This document shows, piece after piece, positions 27,275 to 36,749 of a DNA stretch of 44,825 bases. The DNA is from Methanobacteriota archaeon (lineage in GTDB: Archaea > Hydrothermarchaeota > Hydrothermarchaeia > Hydrothermarchaeales > JACRDW01): positions 1-44,825 of the forward strand of contig JBDRDL010000077.1 of the NCBI GenBank assembly GCA_043820925.1, written 5' to 3'. Made by a program: the position numbers and the translations under genes. The first letter of the stretch is position 1. Each line of letters begins with the position of its first letter. Under the pieces are notes generated by a model. It saw nothing but the letters and a program-made list of their open reading frames with translations, did no database searches and was not told where the DNA came from.

Positions 27275-28394
27275 GTGGAAGGAAATCATAGAAGGCAGAA
27301 CCAAGCTTATCGTGCCTGAAAAAGGGAAATTTGGAAAGACTGAAACAGGGAAGTTGAAAAGACCTCCTGTTTTTTACAACCCCAGAATGGAACTCAATCG
27401 CAGCGTCTGCTGTGCAGTACTCAGAGCGCTGCAAGAAAAAGAGGAAATAAAATTTCTGGATTTGCTAGCCGGCAGCGGGGCAAAGGGAATTAGAATTGCA
27501 AACGAAGCGGGCTGTGAAGTCCATTTAAATGATGCAAATGAAAAAGCCTGCGAGCTCATTAAAAAAAATGCAGAGCTAAATAATTTAAGAGTAGCTATCT
27601 CGAATAAAAACGCTAATTTACTCTTGCAGGAAAACTTCAGCGCCTTTAATTTTATCGACATCGACCCCTTCGGCACTCCGGTGCCTTTCCTGGACAGTGC
27701 AGTCATGACCTCGAATGGCTATCTGGGCATAACAGCTACAGATACTGCGCCGCTCTGCGGTGTTTATCCAAAGGCATGCCTTAGGAAATACAGCGCCAAA
27801 CCCTTAAGGTCTGAATTCTGCCACGAAGTCGGGCTTCGAATCCTGCTCGGCTATGCTGCGAGAACATGCGCTAAATATTCTAAGGGCATGAAGTGCCTGC
27901 TTTCGCACTCGACAGAGCACTACTTCAGAGCATATGTAAGGCTGCTGGAAGGAAAGAAAAAAGCAGATGCTGCGCTTGAGGAACTTGGTTATGTTTACTA
28001 CTGCAAAAATTGTCTAAGGCACGAGCATGGAAAGGGAAGCATTGCTTCAAAAAAATGCAAGTGCGGAAGTAAATACGAAGTTGCAGGTCCGCTGTGGCTC
28101 GGAAAAATAAAGAACGATGAGTTTTGTAGAGAAGTCCTGCAAAAGTCAAAATACTTAGAAGATAAAAAGCTTGAGAAACTGCTTGAAACTATTACCAAAG
28201 AATTGGAAAATCCTTTCTACTATGACGTGCATAAAACCTGCAAAAAATTGAAAATCGAAGTGCCTGCGATGGAAAAAATTCTTGATAAATTAAAAAAAAC
28301 AGGATATAAAGCTTCTAGGACGCATTTCTCGCCAACTAGCCTAAAAACAAATGCAGAGCTACCAGTCTTCCTCCTCAGAGCAAAATTCGCATAG
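27273..28394 (+). CDS. trm1: tRNA (guanine26-N2)-dimethyltransferase
   Basis: PVFYNPRMELNR, IDIDPFGTP, TATDTAPLCG, HEVGLRIL, GPLWLG, SRTHF. Confidence 0.96.
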   Translation: MWKEIIEGRTKLIVPEKGKFGKTETGKLKRPPVFYNPRMELNRSVCCAVLRALQEKEEIKFLDLLAGSGAKGIRIANEAGCEVHLNDANEKACELIKKNAELNNLRVAISNKNANLLLQENFSAFNFIDIDPFGTPVPFLDSAVMTSNGYLGITATDTAPLCGVYPKACLRKYSAKPLRSEFCHEVGLRILLGYAARTCAKYSKGMKCLLSHSTEHYFRAYVRLLEGKKKADAALEELGYVYYCKNCLRHEHGKGSIASKKCKCGSKYEVAGPLWLGKIKNDEFCREVLQKSKYLEDKKLEKLLETITKELENPFYYDVHKTCKKLKIEVPAMEKILDKLKKTGYKASRTHFSPTSLKTNAELPVFLLRAKFA

Positions 28395-28496
28395 CTCTTC
28401 TACAGGGTCTCCACAATTGCCGCAGAAAAGCGTTCCGCACTCCTTGCATTCGTAAATCTCGGCAGCCTCTACTCCGCAAATCTCGCACTCTGGCAT
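28359..28496 (-). CDS. Small zinc-finger protein (45 aa, four CxxC)
   Basis: MPECEICG...CKECG..FCGNCG....LCEFC, acidic tail. Confidence 0.75.
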   Translation of the reverse strand: MPECEICGVEAAEIYECKECGTLFCGNCGDPVEELCEFCSEEEDW

Positions 28497-28813
28497 GGGA
28501 TTCCTCCAAAATTTGTAAGATATACCGTCAGCTATACCTATATAAATCTTTCTTTGAAGGAGGGTTGCCAAAAAATCAAACAAAACTTCAACAATCCCTC
28601 ATATAGAATTGGTTGAGCTTGTTAAGTTTGCTAAGATATCACTTAAAAATCACAATTTTAGAGGTAAAAAATGAAAACGCAATATAAATGCGCAAAATGT
28701 GAGAAAGATATAAAGGATTCTCAAGCCAGTATATTTCACAGGTTTGAGCATTACCATTTATCCTGCTTAGGACGTTCTAAAAAAAGAATTTCCCAGGTAA
28801 TACGTATGTAGTG

Positions 28814-29155
28814 CTAACGAAATTCCAGAACATCTCCGATTTCAATGTTTTTCTCATTTATTTTACCCTCATTGACTTCAAGTACCCACTCGCACCGCTT
28901 TTTTGGAGAGTAAGCTCTCCACGGCTTCAGAGTCTTCAAGTCCACGACTCGCAGGTCTTTGCTTATAAAAATCAGGTCGATTGGAAATCTCATGAAAAGG
29001 GAATGTACCGAGTTAAAACCAAGAAAAAATTTTATTAACAGTCCCCTGCCTCTTCCTAATTTTTCCCTGAACATGAGACCTACAGCCCTGCCAAGGAAAC
29101 TTGCTTCCCCAGCCTCGCAAACTTCTTTTGATTTTGTTGCATTGTAAACAAGCAT
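28814..29155 (-). CDS. DUF192 family protein
   Basis: RAVGLMFR, VHSLFMRFPIDLIF, LKPW, VLEVNEG. Confidence 0.88.
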   Translation of the reverse strand: MLVYNATKSKEVCEAGEASFLGRAVGLMFREKLGRGRGLLIKFFLGFNSVHSLFMRFPIDLIFISKDLRVVDLKTLKPWRAYSPKKRCEWVLEVNEGKINEKNIEIGDVLEFR

Positions 29156-29183
29156 AATAGTATATTAATTAAATAGGGATATC

Positions 29184-29927
29184 ATGCTTGCTATGGACGA
29201 AGCGACGCACGACCTTATTTACAGAAGCCTAAACAAATTGAGCGACATTCCAAAACTTCAGAAGCATTTCAGGATTCCGGAAAATACTCTGCTCGCAATT
29301 CTAACGCAGAAGAAAGTAAGGAAAACAAAAAGCATCTTCCACAGGATTGATAGGGAAGAGATAAAAAAGCGCTGGAATTCTGGAGAGTCTATTTTAAGCA
29401 TCTCAAATTCTCTGGATTTCTCTCCTGTGCTTACTGCGTCCATGCTCTTAAATCTTACAAAGCGTGAATTCAGGAAAATGCTTGAGAAGCCGGGAGAGAT
29501 AAAAGACGAGAGATTGAGGAAGGAAATAACAGAAGCGCTTGAAAATGATTTCGTTTATTCTCCGACCGCACATAAAGCTCAGGTAGCCAGAGCAAAAATC
29601 GGAGAAGATGCTATCAGGAAATGGCTGCTCAAGAAGGGGGCTAGCTTTGTCGCAGAGAAAGAGTCCAAAAATAAGAAAACGCCTGACTTTCTTTTGAGCG
29701 ACCCAATAGATATAGAGGGCAGAAAAATCTGCTGGATAGACAGCAAGGTAGCATTTGGAGATGAAATTGAGCACAGGCGCTGCATAAAAAAGCAGTTCTC
29801 TCACTATCTTGAAACCTTCGGCAGCGGAATGGTGGTTTACTGTGGTTTTGTCGACTCCGTCGCTGCAATAGAGCCGAGAATACTCGTGAAAGATTTCCAA
29901 TACCTTTGGGAGAAAAATGAGCTATAG
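29184..29927 (+). CDS. CDIN1/C15orf41 (TPD-domain) family PD-(D/E)xK nuclease
   Basis: KTPDFLL..PI.I.G..ICWIDSK..FGD...KQF..Y...FGSG.VVY..GF. Confidence 0.85.
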   Translation: MLAMDEATHDLIYRSLNKLSDIPKLQKHFRIPENTLLAILTQKKVRKTKSIFHRIDREEIKKRWNSGESILSISNSLDFSPVLTASMLLNLTKREFRKMLEKPGEIKDERLRKEITEALENDFVYSPTAHKAQVARAKIGEDAIRKWLLKKGASFVAEKESKNKKTPDFLLSDPIDIEGRKICWIDSKVAFGDEIEHRRCIKKQFSHYLETFGSGMVVYCGFVDSVAAIEPRILVKDFQYLWEKNEL

Positions 29928-30996
29928 AGAAATTTTTTCAGATACTGATGCATTTTTGGATATCCTGAAGAAGGCAAACAGAATAACTGAAAGCGAGTAT
30001 GTAACCCTGGAGAGGGCTGTCTTTCTGTCATGGTGGTGCGATAAAGGGGACTGCAAGTTCTGCTTCATGTCCACGCAGAAAGATAGAATAGTAGAGCCGC
30101 TGAAGGCGAGAAGAAAACTCTCGAGTATTCTGGCAGAGGCTGCAATATGTAAAAGAATAGGCTGGAACATAGAATTTCTGTCGGGCGGCTACGGTCCTTA
30201 CAGCACCGAGGAAATCAAAAATATCGCAGAAATGGTTGCATATATAACCGAGGCTCCGGTCTGGCTCAACGTCGGGGCGTTAAGCAGCAGGGATATAGGA
30301 AAATTTGGAGAAGAAGTTGAGGGCATTGTCGGAGCTGTCGAGACAGTAAATAAAAAACTGCATCGCAGCATTTGCCCTAGCAAGCCTGTGCAGCCTATCG
30401 TCAGAATGCTGAAAGAGGCGAGAGAAATAGGTCTAAAAACCGGCATAACCATAATCCTGGGTTTAGGGGAAAGAATCGAAGATTTGCCTGCATTATTCGA
30501 GCTCATTAAGGAGTCGGCTCTCGATAGGGTGACTTTCTATTCTTTGAATCCGCAGGAAGGCACGGACTATGAAAATCAGCCGCCGCCCTCTTCAATATAC
30601 CAGGCAGGAGTTATAGCGCTCACCAGAATAAATTTTCCTGATATAGAAATCATAGGGGGCACATGGACAGACCAGCTGCCGAACATAGGTTTAATTCTAC
30701 TCGCAGGAGCAAACGGCATAACCAAATACCCTCTATTCAGCATGTTCGGAAATAGATACGGAAGAAAAGTGGAGGAAGAGGTAAAGTTCGCTAACAGAAA
30801 GTTGCTTGGCACCTTCTCGGATTTAGATGTCCTCAGAGGCACTAAAAAACTGGAAAAAGAAAGAGTGCCCAACCACGTTTTCAAAAAGAAGAAGCCCAGC
30901 ATTGCAGAGGAGGTTGTTGAAAGAATTTTAGAAATGAGGAAAGAAATAGATGCAGCAGTTGAAGAATACATCAGCACCGTCGAGAGGCACTTGTGA
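29917..30996 (+). CDS. Radical SAM protein, biotin-synthase-like clade
   Basis: CDKGDCKFC (CX4CX2C), ETVN, ITIILGLGE, GANGITK. Confidence 0.85.
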   Translation: MSYREIFSDTDAFLDILKKANRITESEYVTLERAVFLSWWCDKGDCKFCFMSTQKDRIVEPLKARRKLSSILAEAAICKRIGWNIEFLSGGYGPYSTEEIKNIAEMVAYITEAPVWLNVGALSSRDIGKFGEEVEGIVGAVETVNKKLHRSICPSKPVQPIVRMLKEAREIGLKTGITIILGLGERIEDLPALFELIKESALDRVTFYSLNPQEGTDYENQPPPSSIYQAGVIALTRINFPDIEIIGGTWTDQLPNIGLILLAGANGITKYPLFSMFGNRYGRKVEEEVKFANRKLLGTFSDLDVLRGTKKLEKERVPNHVFKKKKPSIAEEVVERILEMRKEIDAAVEEYISTVERHL

Positions 30997-31018
30997 TAGC
31001 AAGCTTGCGCCTGCCCTG

Positions 31019-31627
31019 CTATTCCTTTTGCACTCTAACAATTATAACTCCGTCAGTCGCATCAACATCGCTGAAGTTTATTATCCTTCTATTTTCCCCT
31101 CTAACAACTGTAAAGTCAGCAACATCTCCTTTGTCATCTAAAGCAACGGACTCCACCTTTCCGAGATATTCTCCAAGCTGGGTATAAACTTCCTTACCTA
31201 TGAATTCGTGCCTGACTTTTCCCTCAGCTCTTTCCTCTTTTACTATGAGCACCTCGCCGGCAGCGGAAAGTTCTTCTCTTGGCAGAACTTCTTCTCTACC
31301 TTCGAGCTCTAACTTCTCAGCCTTTCCCTCCCGGACTTCCACTCCCTTTACCCTGCCCATAAACTCTCCTGCTTCCGAGAATACTTTGAGCTCTGCGACG
31401 CCCCTAAGTTTCGCGCCCAGGAATAGTAGGGCAATGCCGTTTAAAACTAAAATTGCCCCTGGAATAAAGAGCAGGTAAGTAAGTGTCCGGATTGCATCCA
31501 TACTAAATGGAGGGGGTACTGCTGAGGCAAATAAACCTGCTGCAGTAGAAGAAAATTTAAGTGGAACTGAAAATGCAGCTGCGCCCACGCCGATGTTTAT
31601 CAATCCTATCAACTGGATTAATCTCAT
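31019..31627 (-). CDS. Membrane protein with two PRC-barrel domains
   Basis: Two TM segments then LKVFSEAGEFMGRVKGV and IGKEVYTQLGEYLGKVESV; start MRLIQ at 31627. Confidence 0.75.
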   Translation of the reverse strand: MRLIQLIGLINIGVGAAAFSVPLKFSSTAAGLFASAVPPPFSMDAIRTLTYLLFIPGAILVLNGIALLFLGAKLRGVAELKVFSEAGEFMGRVKGVEVREGKAEKLELEGREEVLPREELSAAGEVLIVKEERAEGKVRHEFIGKEVYTQLGEYLGKVESVALDDKGDVADFTVVRGENRRIINFSDVDATDGVIIVRVQKE

Positions 31628-31691
31628 TGCATTTTCGTTATGCGCTGAATATATAAATACTTTTTTAAGCCAGTACGCAATAAATAAAAAC

Positions 31692-32165
31692 ATGATTTGG
31701 ATTTGGATTGCTGGTATCTGGATATTCCTGTTGATTTTGAGCATTGCGATATACAAGGTAGTGCAGAAGCTGGCCAGAAAATCCTATGCGAGAGCATCGG
31801 GAATGGAATTTGAGGATATAGTAGAGGAACCCGCCGAGCCACCAATTAAAAAAAGAGAATGGAAGGAGCCGGAAAGAACCATAGTATCCAAAGAAATTGC
31901 GGTAGCAGAGGCAAAGCCCAAGGAAGAAATTCAAAAAAATCCCCTGCTCGAGTACATAGAGGAGTGGAAAGAACCAGAAGCACCAGTTGCTATAGAACCT
32001 GTCAGTAAAGAAAAAGCAATAAAAAAACCAAAGAGAGGCAAAATTATTAGCCCAGCTAAATATCCAGAATGCTTCGGAACTGACTACAAACTCGAGAAGT
32101 GCAAGAGAGACTGTGGAGTTGCTGAGGAGTGCATCAAGGCTGTTGAGGTATTACAGAGGATGTGA
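31692..32165 (+). CDS. Single-TM protein with Pro/Glu/Lys-rich linker and C-terminal 4-Cys motif
   Basis: MIWIWIAGIWIFLL...; PECFG...KCKRDCGVAEEC. Confidence 0.65.
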   Translation: MIWIWIAGIWIFLLILSIAIYKVVQKLARKSYARASGMEFEDIVEEPAEPPIKKREWKEPERTIVSKEIAVAEAKPKEEIQKNPLLEYIEEWKEPEAPVAIEPVSKEKAIKKPKRGKIISPAKYPECFGTDYKLEKCKRDCGVAEECIKAVEVLQRM

Positions 32166-32454
32166 AGCCACAGCCGTGCAACGGTTTAATATCTATCAGC
32201 GGCTTGTTGTTGATTCCTAAATTTTCAACATATATTTCGTTGTTTTTTACGCTTTTAACTTTTGCAATGCAGAGTTCCAGCGGCGGCGCCCAGTATATCA
32301 GAATTATTTTTTTATATTTTTCGATGCCTTTGATGCCGAGCATGAATTTTTTGTGGACTACTATTTTATTCGATTTAACAGTCCCTATCGGCACCAGCCG
32401 AAAAGTACTCCTCACTCCAGTCGATTTTTCCCGGTTTGTATTCATCTGTTTCAC
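32134..32454 (-). CDS. Minimal TsaA/TrmO-like beta-barrel protein (start uncertain)
   Basis: PIGTVK, GIKGIEKYKKIILIYW, IYVENL..NNKPLIDIKP; central GVFATRSP.RPNP segment absent. Confidence 0.55.
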   Translation of the reverse strand: MKQMNTNREKSTGVRSTFRLVPIGTVKSNKIVVHKKFMLGIKGIEKYKKIILIYWAPPLELCIAKVKSVKNNEIYVENLGINNKPLIDIKPLHGCGFTSSVIPQQP

Positions 32455-32908
32455 CCTTCAATATTCTCAATATATCCTCAACGACAGCGTCAGGAGTTTT
32501 TTCAGAAGTATCTATCTCGTAAACACGTGCATGCCTCTCCAAGCTCTCAATCAGGCAGGCGTCGAGTGCCTCTGCTTCAAGATTTTCGCTGAGTTTTTCT
32601 CCCCTGAAACCCTGCACAGTTAAGCGCCGCTTTAGAATTTTCGGGTTTGTGCGCAGGACTATAACAACGTCGCCGATGCCCAGCAGATGAGATAAATGTC
32701 CTTCGATTATCGCATCGCCTTGAATTATTTTTTTAATTTTCTTCGAGAGTTTTTTAATGTCAATTACCTTGCTGCCCTCTTCCATGCCTATGCAGGCTTC
32801 GCCGGCAATGTCGTTAATATGCACGCAGCTGCAGCTGAGTTTCTCAGACAAAAAATTTGCGGCTGTTGTTTTTCCGGTTCCGGGAGTGCCGGTTATAATA
32901 ATTATCAT
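32375..32908 (-). CDS. Adenylate kinase, AK6/Fap7-type
   Basis: ITGTPGTGKTT, IIEGHLSH, VIVLRTNP, ENLEAE, YEIDTS. Confidence 0.9.
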   Translation of the reverse strand: MIIIITGTPGTGKTTAANFLSEKLSCSCVHINDIAGEACIGMEEGSKVIDIKKLSKKIKKIIQGDAIIEGHLSHLLGIGDVVIVLRTNPKILKRRLTVQGFRGEKLSENLEAEALDACLIESLERHARVYEIDTSEKTPDAVVEDILRILKGETDEYKPGKIDWSEEYFSAGADRDC

Positions 32909-32963
32909 TGCGAGAGCAAGACCGTGAGTCTAACGCACTACCTTACGGTATTGCGATAGCAAG

Positions 32964-33551
32964 TTAGCTGGTTTCTCTGAGAGTTTTTCTCTTAAATCCT
33001 AAAGCTTCCAGGTCTTTATATATAATCGTCCTAGAAACCCCAAACACTTCTGCCACGCCGGTGACATTTATTGCGGAAGGATCGTTGTTCAGCAGCTCTA
33101 AAGTTTTTTTGAGCCTCTGCCGTCGCATCTCAATATTTTGTGCCTCTTCGAGTATTACCTCGTTCACCGCAGCCACAATCGTGGTATATACCCTGCCTGG
33201 AATGGGAGTGATTATGGTTTTTACAAAAAAATCTGCGAGCTCGCCGTCCTTCGTTGCGATTATCTTATTCAACTTCTCAGTAGCATTCTTCATTGCATGC
33301 TCTCTGCTCACGCCTTTTTCATTAACTCCTACGAGCTCTTTGCGCCGTGGTTCACTCCCATTCACAGTTAAAGACACAGAGACAGACGCCCCGGCAGGTC
33401 CTGCAGAAACGTCGCATTCAAGCTTGGTTATAACGCCGTCCACGCTTTTCAGCTTTTCATTCACTTCTTTTATCAGTTTGTCCAGGGCGCTGCTTACATC
33501 CCTGCTCGTTTTCGAGTTGCTGATAAACCTCATGCAAATCCGTATTTTCAA
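32964..33551 (-). CDS. Hypothetical protein with C-terminal HTH
   Basis: RRQRL...INVTGVAEVFGVSRTIIYKDLEALG. Confidence 0.7.
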   Translation of the reverse strand: MKIRICMRFISNSKTSRDVSSALDKLIKEVNEKLKSVDGVITKLECDVSAGPAGASVSVSLTVNGSEPRRKELVGVNEKGVSREHAMKNATEKLNKIIATKDGELADFFVKTIITPIPGRVYTTIVAAVNEVILEEAQNIEMRRQRLKKTLELLNNDPSAINVTGVAEVFGVSRTIIYKDLEALGFKRKTLRETS

Positions 33552-33569
33552 GCTTAATAATAAACATTT

Positions 33570-34196
33570 CTATAGTTCAGTTGTAATTTTGAAATGCAGC
33601 TTCGCAACTTCTCTTAGAATTGCCCTTCCATGCTTCTTGATTAATTGTTTGCCGGCATCCTTTACATGAGTCGAACCCAGGGGCAGAGCCATGCCGACTT
33701 TCTTCGAAAGTGCTGCATGCTTTCTCAAAAATTCAGCCCTCGCAAGTATAGATGCGGCAGCTACTGCCGGGTCTTTTTCACCTTCGGTTAAAAAAATTAT
33801 TTTTTCATGCAGCTTTTTATCTAAATTTCTTAAAACGTTCTCTTCTTTTCCGAATTTGTCCACGAGTATTCTTTCTACACCGCATTTATCTAAGATTTCT
33901 TTTATTGCCTTTGCGTGCATCCATCCAAGAATCTCGTTCAGATTGTATTTTCCTCCTGAGTCTTTGTGCAGTTCGTTGTACTTCTGCGGCGATATGCTGA
34001 TTACCGAATAGCTGCAATTTTCTTTTATTTTCTTTTCAAGCTCGAATATTTTCTTCTCGCTCAGAGTTTTTGAATCCCTGGCGCCGATTTTTCTTAAAAA
34101 GTTTTCCTCGCAGCAAACGCAGGCAACGGCAATGTAGCCGAAGTAATCCCCCTTGCCTGCTTCGTCGCTTCCTGCAATCATGCTTATCGAAATCAT
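33570..34196 (-). CDS. rnhC: Ribonuclease HIII-like catalytic domain
   Basis: GSDEAGKGDYFG, DSKTL, YNEL...NLNEILGWMHA, VDKF, VAAASILARAEF, LPLG, VAKLHFK; start 34196 (ATGA overlap) or 34181. Confidence 0.8.
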   Translation of the reverse strand: MISISMIAGSDEAGKGDYFGYIAVACVCCEENFLRKIGARDSKTLSEKKIFELEKKIKENCSYSVISISPQKYNELHKDSGGKYNLNEILGWMHAKAIKEILDKCGVERILVDKFGKEENVLRNLDKKLHEKIIFLTEGEKDPAVAAASILARAEFLRKHAALSKKVGMALPLGSTHVKDAGKQLIKKHGRAILREVAKLHFKITTEL

Positions 34197-35092
34197 GGAT
34201 AAAGCGACCTGCACAGGCTTGCGATTCTGCAAAGTACGTCTGTCGTGGTTATTATTCCCCTAGAATTTCCAGCGTCGTCGACCACGATGAGCCTGCTTAC
34301 GTTGTAATTCTCCATTTCTTCGATAGCAGAGGAAATAAAATCGTTTTCGTTTATCGTGTACACATTTTTGCTCATTATATCCTCTACTTTGCAGTCTTCC
34401 TTGTTCTCGGCTAATGCCTTTGCGATATCCACGGTTGAGAGTATTCCAACTGGCTTGTGATTTTCAACGACCGGTGCGCCCCTGATTCTCTCCTTAACAA
34501 GAAGCTTTGCAGCTTCTCTTACAGAGATTTTTGGAGATAAGATTTTCAAGGTTTTGGTCGCAACTTCGACAACCCTCACCCTCGGGATGCTGAACATTTC
34601 AGAGGTTTCTATAAGCAGCACGTTGTCGATGTCGTCTCTTCCAGTAATCTTGCCCTTTATAACGAGTTTATTCACAGGCGTGGGTCCTATCTTCACTACA
34701 TCTCCCACTGCCAAGTTTTTCAAGTTTCCAATAGCATGAATCTCCGCCCTGCATTTTCCAGGGTCAGATGTGCTTACAAAATTTATGGCTGTAACTGTTA
34801 AGCCTTCCTGCGGGTAATCGTCTACAAAAATCGGAATTTGAACTTCCTTCTCGAGCTTCTCAAAGCTAAGAATTTTATAGCCCTCCGTAGTTGGTCTGTA
34901 GCCGCCTCTTGGACCTGGAACGCCCTCTACCAATCCAAGGGAGCGAAGAGACTGCATTTGATTCCTTATTGTACCTGGATTCTTCTTGACCAGCGCTGCG
35001 ATATTCTCCCCCTTTATCGCCTCTCCTTTAGAGGTCTGGTAGAGGTTAATTAAGGCAAGAAGCACCTCTCTCTGAACAGGCGTAAGCTTCAT
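34193..35092 (-). CDS. Winged-HTH + CBS-pair transcriptional regulator
   Basis: PGTIRNQMQSLRSLGLVEGVPGPRGGY; two C-terminal CBS domains. Confidence 0.9.
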   Translation of the reverse strand: MKLTPVQREVLLALINLYQTSKGEAIKGENIAALVKKNPGTIRNQMQSLRSLGLVEGVPGPRGGYRPTTEGYKILSFEKLEKEVQIPIFVDDYPQEGLTVTAINFVSTSDPGKCRAEIHAIGNLKNLAVGDVVKIGPTPVNKLVIKGKITGRDDIDNVLLIETSEMFSIPRVRVVEVATKTLKILSPKISVREAAKLLVKERIRGAPVVENHKPVGILSTVDIAKALAENKEDCKVEDIMSKNVYTINENDFISSAIEEMENYNVSRLIVVDDAGNSRGIITTTDVLCRIASLCRSLYP

Positions 35093-35131
35093 GCCATTGA
35101 TTATATACCTCCTGATATATAACGATTATCT

Positions 35132-36091
35132 ATGATAGAATTCAAGAGAATACCCACGATTTTTTCTCCAGACGAACTCCTGGAAATGGCGTTCGGGAGA
35201 GCTTCAAAAGCTCCCGCAAAGGCCGGGGATAAAGTCAAGATCGTTTCCAAGACCATTCGAGATTACTTCAAAAAAATTTTGAAAAGAACCCCGAGTCTGG
35301 ATAAGCTGCCTTCTTTTTACTTCGAGCTCATCGACGCTATTGCTAGCATTGCAAAACTAAAAAAAGCTCTGGCAGCACTTCAGTGGGCGTCGAATACTAT
35401 TAGCAGACTGGAGCGAGAATACATCCGCAAGATCCGCAGGGCGCCTAAAAATGAAAAAAACAAGTACAGGAAGGAGTTCTATGGAAGGGTGGTCTCGATT
35501 TTAGAGCAAATTGAAGACCAGCTCGAGTTTCTTGCTGGCGCAAGGGAGAAGCTGAAAAACTTGCCGAGCATTAGGGACGAATTCACCATAGTTATCTCGG
35601 GAGCGCCGAATGTCGGAAAATCAACTTTTCTACGGGCAATAACAACTGCAAAACCGAGGGTGGAGAGCTATCCCTTTACTACGCAGCAGATTTTGTTAGG
35701 TTACTTTGAAAGTAAACATGAGGAATACCAAGTCATCGATACTCCCGGCCTGCTGGATAGACCTATAGAGAAGCGCAACCCAGTCGAAAAGCAGGCAATT
35801 CTGGCGCTGAAGCATTTGGCTGATGTGGTGCTGTTCATCTTTGACCCTTCCGAGAGGTGCGGATTCCAAGTCGAGGAGCAGATGCGAATTTATTGGGAAA
35901 TGTCCAGAGCATTCGATGCAGAGGTTATACCTGTGATAAATAAAGCAGATTTGCTCAGCGAGGAGGATATCAAAAATTTTCTGGCTGCTCTCGGCAGAAA
36001 CGCATATCTGTGCTCTGCCGAGAAGAAAATCGGGGTTGGGGAAGTAGTTAAAAAAATCGTTGAAATTAGAGAGATTTCGGAATCAAAATAA
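35132..36091 (+). CDS. NOG1-family GTPase
   Basis: GAPNVGKS, YPFTT, DTPGLLDRP, NKAD. Confidence 0.93.
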   Translation: MIEFKRIPTIFSPDELLEMAFGRASKAPAKAGDKVKIVSKTIRDYFKKILKRTPSLDKLPSFYFELIDAIASIAKLKKALAALQWASNTISRLEREYIRKIRRAPKNEKNKYRKEFYGRVVSILEQIEDQLEFLAGAREKLKNLPSIRDEFTIVISGAPNVGKSTFLRAITTAKPRVESYPFTTQQILLGYFESKHEEYQVIDTPGLLDRPIEKRNPVEKQAILALKHLADVVLFIFDPSERCGFQVEEQMRIYWEMSRAFDAEVIPVINKADLLSEEDIKNFLAALGRNAYLCSAEKKIGVGEVVKKIVEIREISESK

Positions 36092-36749
36092 ATCCCTCGC
36101 TTTCGCTGCCGATAACCTCGCATCTTTCCTCGCCGTGCTTCCAGTAAAGTAATACGGTATAAGCAGCTATCGCAGCGTCCAGCAAGTCTGCTGCCCTTTT
36201 CAGGTTTTTTTCATTGGCAAGTTCGCCAGCGATTAGAGAAGACTGCACTTTTTGCAGAGTTTTTCGAAGCTCTGAAATTCCTTTCAATCTTTCTTTTTTC
36301 CCACCCTTCTTATATTTAGGGATTTCTCTCAAGAGGAATTTCAATGCGGAGTAGGGATATACTTCCATTACAGCTTTTGTAAAAGTTTTTAGTCGCAGGC
36401 GGGCTTTTAATTCTATTCCAAGTTTTTTCAACTTTCCAGCCAAAATTTCTCCCCTGACTCCTCCAAAGGCTCTGTTCAGCCATTCTCTGTTTGCAGGGTA
36501 AGACGGAACTCCGTATTTCTGCAGGAGCCTCTCGCATTCCCTCCGCCCGTGCCTGTTTCTTACAATAAGAGGCGCATCTATACCAATAATGCACCCATTA
36601 GAGCAGTGCCTTTTGATGAACTCGAGAATCTCCTCGTCAGTATAAACATAATCAGTTGCCACTGGCAAGCAGTTCTCGTCTACTACTACCAGAGCTGTTT
36701 TCAAATTTGGCTCGACTTTCCAGGCTAAATCAACGCCTATAAAATTCAT
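36066..36749 (-). CDS. DUF429 family RNase H-fold predicted nuclease
   Basis: FIGVDLAW, IDAPL, R.CER, EVYP, DLLDA. Confidence 0.85.
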   Translation of the reverse strand: MNFIGVDLAWKVEPNLKTALVVVDENCLPVATDYVYTDEEILEFIKRHCSNGCIIGIDAPLIVRNRHGRRECERLLQKYGVPSYPANREWLNRAFGGVRGEILAGKLKKLGIELKARLRLKTFTKAVMEVYPYSALKFLLREIPKYKKGGKKERLKGISELRKTLQKVQSSLIAGELANEKNLKRAADLLDAAIAAYTVLLYWKHGEERCEVIGSESEGFILIPKSL

